From the NCBI GenBank assembly GCA_048882485.1, contig JBHLRP010000024.1, positions 1 to 13,828 on the forward strand: a stretch of 13,828 nt of DNA, in the 5' to 3' direction. The first letter of the stretch is position 1, and each line of letters opens with the position of its first letter. Below are positions 8,763 through 13,828 of the stretch, piece by piece. Origin of the DNA: Candidatus Thorarchaeota archaeon. GTDB lineage: Archaea > Asgardarchaeota > Thorarchaeia > Thorarchaeales > Thorarchaeaceae. Under the pieces are notes generated by a model. The model was not told the origin of the DNA, searched no databases, and saw only the letters and a list, made by a program, of their open reading frames with translations. Both the position numbers and the translations under genes were made by a program.

Positions 8763-10037
8763 ATGCAATCTAGGTATTCGAAAATGGGTCAGATAAGCAC
8801 GCCAAGAACGCTAGTCTGTTCACTATTTGTCATACTCTTGATGGCATCGATTCCACTCTATTCGTGTCAAGCAGTGGAGTACGGGAGAGCATCCATCAAT
8901 CGAGACTACTGGCCAACAGACGATTGGATAGTGGATGCGCCTGAGAATCAGGGAATGGACTCTACAAAGCTCACAGAGGTTGAACAGACCATCAGCCAAA
9001 TGGAATACGCGATCAACTCACTAGTCGTCATTAAGAACGGATATCTTGTGTACGAATACTATCGTTCAGGATATAATGCGGACTATGTACATATGATTCA
9101 GTCATGCACAAAGACGATAACATCGACACTTGTGGGAATTGCTATTGACCAAGGTCTCATCGAGAGCGTGAACTCAACTATGATGGAGTTCTTCGATGAT
9201 TGGACTATTCAGAATGTGGACGATCGAAAGAGGAACATCACTATCGAACATCTCCTCACGTGGACTGATGGGATGGAGTTTCACGAGATTGACTACCCCT
9301 ATAATGACCCAAGGAATGACCTAGGTCAGATGTGGGTGAGCGACGATGCAGTCCAATATTGCTTGGACCGGCCCATGTGGAATGAGCCAGGCACAGACTG
9401 GTGGATGAACTCAGGAACTCTGATCATCCTTGGTGCAATAATCGAGATTCAATCGGGCATGTCAGTCTATGACTATGCTCAAGAGTATCTCTTTGGGCCC
9501 ATTGGCATTGACACCTTCTATTGGTCTCAGATTGGCGGTGGGTCTGCCGGAGGCTGGTTTCATACAGATGGTGGCCTCTATCTGAATATACACGATTTTG
9601 CCAAGTTCGGCTATCTGTTGCTCAATAATGGGACGTGGGATGGAGAACAGATTGTGTCTGCAGAGTGGGTGCAAGAGGCCACCATTCCTAGGATCAGCAC
9701 AGGCTGGGGTGGCTCCTATGAACTCATGGGATATCAGTGGTGGTACTGGCCAAGTCAGGAGATCTACTCTGCTCACGGTCATTATGAACAGGCACTTTAC
9801 GTATCTCAAGAACACGACCTTGTGGTAGCCTTCAATGGGAATGTTCCGGATGGCGAGTTCTATCCAGCAGACTCACTGGTAAGAGATAGAATCATTCCCG
9901 CAATTGATGGCGAGGGTGGTTCGTCGTGGGATGGAGCACTACTGATTGTTTCCGGATCTGCTGTCATACTGATAATAGCTGTCGTGTCAATCCAAGTGAT
10001 GAGGAAGCGAAGCTCTGGCGGTATTGAAGATCTCTGA
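8763..10037 (+). CDS. Membrane-anchored serine hydrolase, beta-lactamase/AmpC-NylB-like fold
   Basis: SxxK (SCTK, codons from 9102), SLVVIKNGYLVYEYY, ITIEHLLT, YLFGPIGI, DFAKFGYLLLNNGTWDGEQIVSAEWV. Signal peptide and C-terminal TM+RKR. The start could be ATG 8784. Confidence 0.9.
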   Translation: MQSRYSKMGQISTPRTLVCSLFVILLMASIPLYSCQAVEYGRASINRDYWPTDDWIVDAPENQGMDSTKLTEVEQTISQMEYAINSLVVIKNGYLVYEYYRSGYNADYVHMIQSCTKTITSTLVGIAIDQGLIESVNSTMMEFFDDWTIQNVDDRKRNITIEHLLTWTDGMEFHEIDYPYNDPRNDLGQMWVSDDAVQYCLDRPMWNEPGTDWWMNSGTLIILGAIIEIQSGMSVYDYAQEYLFGPIGIDTFYWSQIGGGSAGGWFHTDGGLYLNIHDFAKFGYLLLNNGTWDGEQIVSAEWVQEATIPRISTGWGGSYELMGYQWWYWPSQEIYSAHGHYEQALYVSQEHDLVVAFNGNVPDGEFYPADSLVRDRIIPAIDGEGGSSWDGALLIVSGSAVILIIAVVSIQVMRKRSSGGIEDL

Positions 10038-10061
10038 TAGTTTGAAGTCGGCCAAAGCGAT

Positions 10062-11483
10062 CTACTTTCTCATATGCCTGACAACGGCGATGAGAGCAAT
10101 TAAGGCCATGACACCTACTCCATAGGTCAGAATCTCAGGAGGTATAGTTGGCGGAGGCATCGTTTCTCCCCCGCTCTCATAGACCAGTATCTGCACCGTC
10201 CTCTGGTCGCCAGAGCTAAAATCGATGTTCCCAGTTGGCGTCTGAGAGTACAGATAGCTAGCAACGAGATAAGCTGAGTCTACTGAATCCCCCGATATAT
10301 TCACAATCGCGCGTCCCTGCCTCTGCATCTGCTGGACATGCCAGCCATGGGCATCCTTGTATGCGATGGAGAGCGCTGCAACACCCTGGTTTGGCTGACT
10401 CATTTCAACACTGAAGGCATCTGGAGGAGATGAGATTTGATAGACCGCAGAGCCATAGCAATACAATGACACGCCGTCTTCTTGATATGGTAGAGAATGA
10501 ATGGTTGTGTACTCCTGAATTCTTGCGTCCATGTCACGAAGACAATAACGGTCATTCGCAAAGCCTGGTTCATCGATCGTCAAAGCGGTCATCCAGTCCA
10601 GATAGAGCTCATTGAAGGATATGTCATGTCCTGCATTCTGGAGTGCAGTTTCCACTCCCAAGGCGCCATCACCTTCGTGTTGTACCAAATCCCGTAGGAA
10701 CTGCACGCCGTATTGCTCTGCCAAGTAGAATGCGAAGAGGTAGCTGGCCCCATAGTCTTGAACCTCGACTTCGAAGTAGATAAGCGAGTCATGAGGGTTG
10801 TTGAAGTAATAGGGTGCTCGATTCGACATATTGCTGATGGGAAAGTATCCAGCAAAGTAGGATGCATACTCAGCAAGCCCCTCGAGAAGGAAATGCACCT
10901 CATCAAACTCGTAATTGAACCAGACTAAGTGGTGAAACTCGTGTGCAATGGTACTCAACATATCGGTCGAATAATAGCAGATGTAGACCATTTCGCACAT
11001 ATTAGAGTAGGAGCCTTCGATCTCATTTGTTTGACCATAGTAACTCATGCGATGCTCCGTGATCAAGATGAATATTCTTGGGTCTCCATCAATGTCACCA
11101 AGTGTGCCGTCGGGGTCGCCGGCCAGATCAGTCACTCTGGGAAAGATGTTTGTGTCGAACTCATCCCTATACAGCGCAGCCCTGGTGTTGACCTCCTCCA
11201 TCCCAAGAATGTCGATCACAGAGTTCTCCACGTAGATATAGCAGTGCTCTCCAATCGCTAGCAGATAGGCATCTATTACATAGTAAATCTCCTCGTCAAA
11301 GTCAAACCCCCAGAATGATCTATTATCTCCAATCTCTTGGGCATGTATCAGAAGTCTATTCGGAGGACAGGCTACCACGGCATCATTCTGGCCAAGATTG
11401 AAGGTTGAAGCGATTGGTTGAACAAGGGCCAGATTGATTATTATCAGACAGATACACAGTCCAGACCTTGATGAATGCATCAT
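10062..11483 (-). CDS. Surface-anchored zinc metallopeptidase (gluzincin HExxH...E; M30/hyicolysin-like)
   Basis: IAHEFHHLV...FLLEGLAEYA; GDIDGDPRIFIL; DYGASYLFAFYLAEQYG. Signal peptide, Pro-rich linker, TM helix and RHMRK tail. Confidence 0.85.
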   Translation of the reverse strand: MMHSSRSGLCICLIIINLALVQPIASTFNLGQNDAVVACPPNRLLIHAQEIGDNRSFWGFDFDEEIYYVIDAYLLAIGEHCYIYVENSVIDILGMEEVNTRAALYRDEFDTNIFPRVTDLAGDPDGTLGDIDGDPRIFILITEHRMSYYGQTNEIEGSYSNMCEMVYICYYSTDMLSTIAHEFHHLVWFNYEFDEVHFLLEGLAEYASYFAGYFPISNMSNRAPYYFNNPHDSLIYFEVEVQDYGASYLFAFYLAEQYGVQFLRDLVQHEGDGALGVETALQNAGHDISFNELYLDWMTALTIDEPGFANDRYCLRDMDARIQEYTTIHSLPYQEDGVSLYCYGSAVYQISSPPDAFSVEMSQPNQGVAALSIAYKDAHGWHVQQMQRQGRAIVNISGDSVDSAYLVASYLYSQTPTGNIDFSSGDQRTVQILVYESGGETMPPPTIPPEILTYGVGVMALIALIAVVRHMRK

Positions 11484-11577
11484 ATCTTCACGCGATTTTC
11501 ATCTTTTGCTATTCATGTGAAGGAAATGGCGCATTTTAGCACTTCATTTTGACGCAAGTTCTCTGAGCATTCAGCAT

Positions 11578-12420
11578 CTAATCTGAGGGCTTTTGACCAA
11601 GCGCCGACTCTATCATGTCTATCCATCTCATCTGCTGCGGCCACATTTGTCCAGCGCTCATGCCGCCATCCACTACCAGTGCATGTCCAGTGATGAAGCT
11701 CGACTCATCACTTGCTAGCCAGAGTGCCGCTTGGGCAATGTCCTCTGGGAAACCAGCACGTCGGATTGGCTGGGCCTTCTCGAAGAGACGAGTTAGATTA
11801 TCATAGGTCTTGGCACTCTCAGCACTAGTCATTCCCTTAGACGCACCAAATATGGAGGTCACAATCGAACCTGGGCAGATGGTGTTCACACGGACCTTAT
11901 AGTACGCCAATTCCATTGCTACTGTGCGAGTCAATTGAATAACAGCTGCCTTAGCTGCGCTGTATGGGTGATTCTGTGATATGCCACGTAGACCAGCTAT
12001 GCTTGAGATGTTTATGATGTTCCCTCCACCTTGCTTTTTCATGACTGGTGCGGCATGTTTCATCCCAAGGAACACCCCGCGAAGCAGGATGGCTATTGAC
12101 CTATCGAAATCTTCGACTGGAATGGACTCAATCTCCCCCGAAACACCGCCCATGCCTGCGTTGTTGACAATGCAGTCTAGACGGCCGTAGGTAGACATTG
12201 CATAATCAATCATGCCCTTGACATCATTCTCTACGCTTACATCAGCGTGAATGTAGGTGGCTTTCTCCCCAAGACTCTTGGCAAGTTTCTGACCCTGCTC
12301 ATCTTGAATGTCAGAAACGACCACCCGAGATCCTTCCTTCACAAACAGCTCTGCTATCGCTTTTCCAATGCCACTGGCTCCACCAGTTATCACAGCGACT
12401 CTATCATCCAGCTTTCCCAT
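11578..12420 (-). CDS. Classical short-chain dehydrogenase/reductase (probably NAD-preferring)
   Basis: TGGASGIG, Asp at the end of beta2 (VSDI), NNAG, catalytic S...YSAAK, VRVNTICPG, ITGHALVVDGG. Confidence 0.95.
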   Translation of the reverse strand: MGKLDDRVAVITGGASGIGKAIAELFVKEGSRVVVSDIQDEQGQKLAKSLGEKATYIHADVSVENDVKGMIDYAMSTYGRLDCIVNNAGMGGVSGEIESIPVEDFDRSIAILLRGVFLGMKHAAPVMKKQGGGNIINISSIAGLRGISQNHPYSAAKAAVIQLTRTVAMELAYYKVRVNTICPGSIVTSIFGASKGMTSAESAKTYDNLTRLFEKAQPIRRAGFPEDIAQAALWLASDESSFITGHALVVDGGMSAGQMWPQQMRWIDMIESALGQKPSD

Positions 12421-12561
12421 AATCTCACATCCTGAAGTCCATATTGTTCATACTTGACTCTAGGGTCATGGAAAAGGTAGGGGACCGTTCCATTTCTTCT
12501 TTCTTGTCTGCTTCAACAGGCAGGCGCTAATGTGACACCTTAAAGGACTTCAATCTGTTTT

Positions 12562-13506
12562 ATGGACAGGACATTTCAGGTGGAGACATTGGCGAATACG
12601 CCGATTGAAGCTGGCATCGCGAAGCTGGCCCAGAGTGGAGACTATATTCTCGATTTCCTGATTGAAGGACCTAAAGCCATTGAACAGGGAGGGCTGATCG
12701 AAGTCCTTGAAGAGAATGGCTGTACAGTCCGAGAGTCAAAGACAGCTGAACTAACAGCTGATGAACGAATGGAATATGGAGCCCGTCACCTTCTTGGACT
12801 AGCCTCTCGTCATCTCTCTCGCATCGTGGCTGACCAGCAGAAGCGAAATATGTTTACAATAGGTCTCCTTCCTACGTGTAGCGGTCTCATGGGCATGCTG
12901 GGAGGATTTCAGATGGCTGGTTTTGACAGGAAGGCACTCAGAGTAGGACTGGTGTGGTTCGATGCCCACGGCGACATAAACACTCCTGAAACGAGCCTAA
13001 GCGGACTCCTTGCGGGCATGCCTGTTGCGGTTGCCACAGGTATGTGCCTCGAACGGCTACGTTTGAAATGCGGTTTGGAGGAAGCTCTGCCGACAAATTA
13101 TGTGACCATGTTCGGTGTCAGGGACACAGACCCCCTCGAGCAGGAAATCATTGACGGAAATGAGATTACACAGATTTCAGTGAACGAAATCAAAGACGGT
13201 GCCCCGATCATTGAAAAAGAGATGGCGCGCCTTGACGGGCTGACAGACCTCATCTATGTTCATTTGGACCTAGATGTCCTTGACCCAAGAGAGGTGCCTG
13301 GTCATGGATTGCCGGCTGAAGGCGGCCCTACAAGCCAGGAGCTGGGAAACGTTCTCGAGGTGATCTTCAGGAGTTCGAGAGCAAGGGGCCTAGGCATTGC
13401 TGGATACCCCGTTGGAAAAGATTCCAACAGAATCACAATGAGTGCAATTCATCATCTTGTTGAGGCTTCAATCAATGGGCTAAAGCATCAATCTGTACTT
13501 CGTTGA
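12562..13506 (+). CDS. Arginase/ureohydrolase family protein (atypical)
   Basis: GPKAI, WFDAHGDINTPETS.SG..GMPVA, GVRDTDPLE, HLDLDVLDP. A possible real start is TTG 12589, preceded by GGTGGAG. Confidence 0.88.
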   Translation: MDRTFQVETLANTPIEAGIAKLAQSGDYILDFLIEGPKAIEQGGLIEVLEENGCTVRESKTAELTADERMEYGARHLLGLASRHLSRIVADQQKRNMFTIGLLPTCSGLMGMLGGFQMAGFDRKALRVGLVWFDAHGDINTPETSLSGLLAGMPVAVATGMCLERLRLKCGLEEALPTNYVTMFGVRDTDPLEQEIIDGNEITQISVNEIKDGAPIIEKEMARLDGLTDLIYVHLDLDVLDPREVPGHGLPAEGGPTSQELGNVLEVIFRSSRARGLGIAGYPVGKDSNRITMSAIHHLVEASINGLKHQSVLR

Positions 13507-13557
13507 TAGCGCAGAATTCATGATATCACGTTGTACGGCTCACTTCTTCTCGGTTTC

Positions 13558-13576
13558 TTTGAGGAATATCCTCAAA
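13558..13576. promoter_or_regulatory. Perfect palindrome (8-3-8), candidate operator or hairpin
   Basis: TTTGAGGA-ATA-TCCTCAAA in the arginase/S66 spacer, 37 nt upstream of ATG 13614. Confidence 0.45.
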
Positions 13577-13613
13577 TCAAAGGAGTTGAATCGCCTACCT
13601 GAGTTGATTCGTG

Positions 13614-13828
13614 ATGGACATCATCAAACCTCCCAGACTCAATGAAGGCGACCTAGTAGGAGTGTTCTCTCCATCGTGGCCTGTGATGCCTGATGTGAAA
13701 CCACAGTTCGATAGGGGAATCGAATCGCTCCAGGCGATGGGTCTACATGTAAAAGTGGCAGAACACACCCTGGGACAGTTCCATTACAGTGCTGGAACTC
13801 GAGCGGAGAGATTGTCGGACCTACATTC
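13614..13828 (+). CDS. S66 family peptidase (LD-carboxypeptidase/MccF-like), 5' part, truncated by the window end
   Basis: Own translation (absent from the ORF track): MDIIKPPRLNEGDLVGVFSPSWPVMPDVKPQFDRGIESLQAMGLHVKVAEHTLGQFHYSAGTRAERLSDLH, matching the S66 N-terminal pattern P..L..GD.V...SPS...AGT..ER..DL. Confidence 0.88.
   Translation, partial: MDIIKPPRLNEGDLVGVFSPSWPVMPDVKPQFDRGIESLQAMGLHVKVAEHTLGQFHYSAGTRAERLSDLH

Noticed and set aside
359-12435. Numerous short ORFs (60-131 aa) overlapping the main genes, e.g. 795-1127, 4164-4559, 6093-6359, 9462-9815, 10929-11261
   Set aside because: Antisense or alternative-frame shadows of well-supported CDSs, with no recognisable motifs.
1-13828. 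CRISPR array, tRNA/rRNA, DGR template/variable repeat pair
   Set aside because: No regularly spaced repeats or RNA-gene signatures seen. The 77-nt duplicate differs at wobble positions rather than specifically at adenines, and there is no reverse transcriptase, so it is not a DGR TR/VR pair.

Overview
Gene-dense prokaryotic window that looks archaeal, possibly Asgard/Thorarchaeia-like. This is inferred from TATA-like boxes about 25-30 nt upstream of starts, N-x-S/T-rich secreted proteins and single-pass C-terminal anchors; no marker gene is present. It encodes a cluster of cell-surface proteins: a Kelch propeller, an LVIVD-repeat propeller, a giant ~28-blade Asp-box (BNR/VPS10-like) protein, a beta-lactamase-fold serine hydrolase and an HExxH metallopeptidase. 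It also encodes a membrane protein paired with an intact but motif-dead ABC ATPase-like protein, an SDR, an atypical arginase-family protein and a truncated S66 (LD-carboxypeptidase/MccF-like) peptidase missing from the ORF track. Highlights: (i) a shared [LVI]-P-[VP]-E + TM + basic-tail C-terminus on three unrelated surface proteins, a candidate new sorting signal; (ii) a scar at 4204-4359 made of the back-to-back 3' ends of paralogs of two genes found elsewhere in the window; (iii) three intact genes with replaced catalytic residues.
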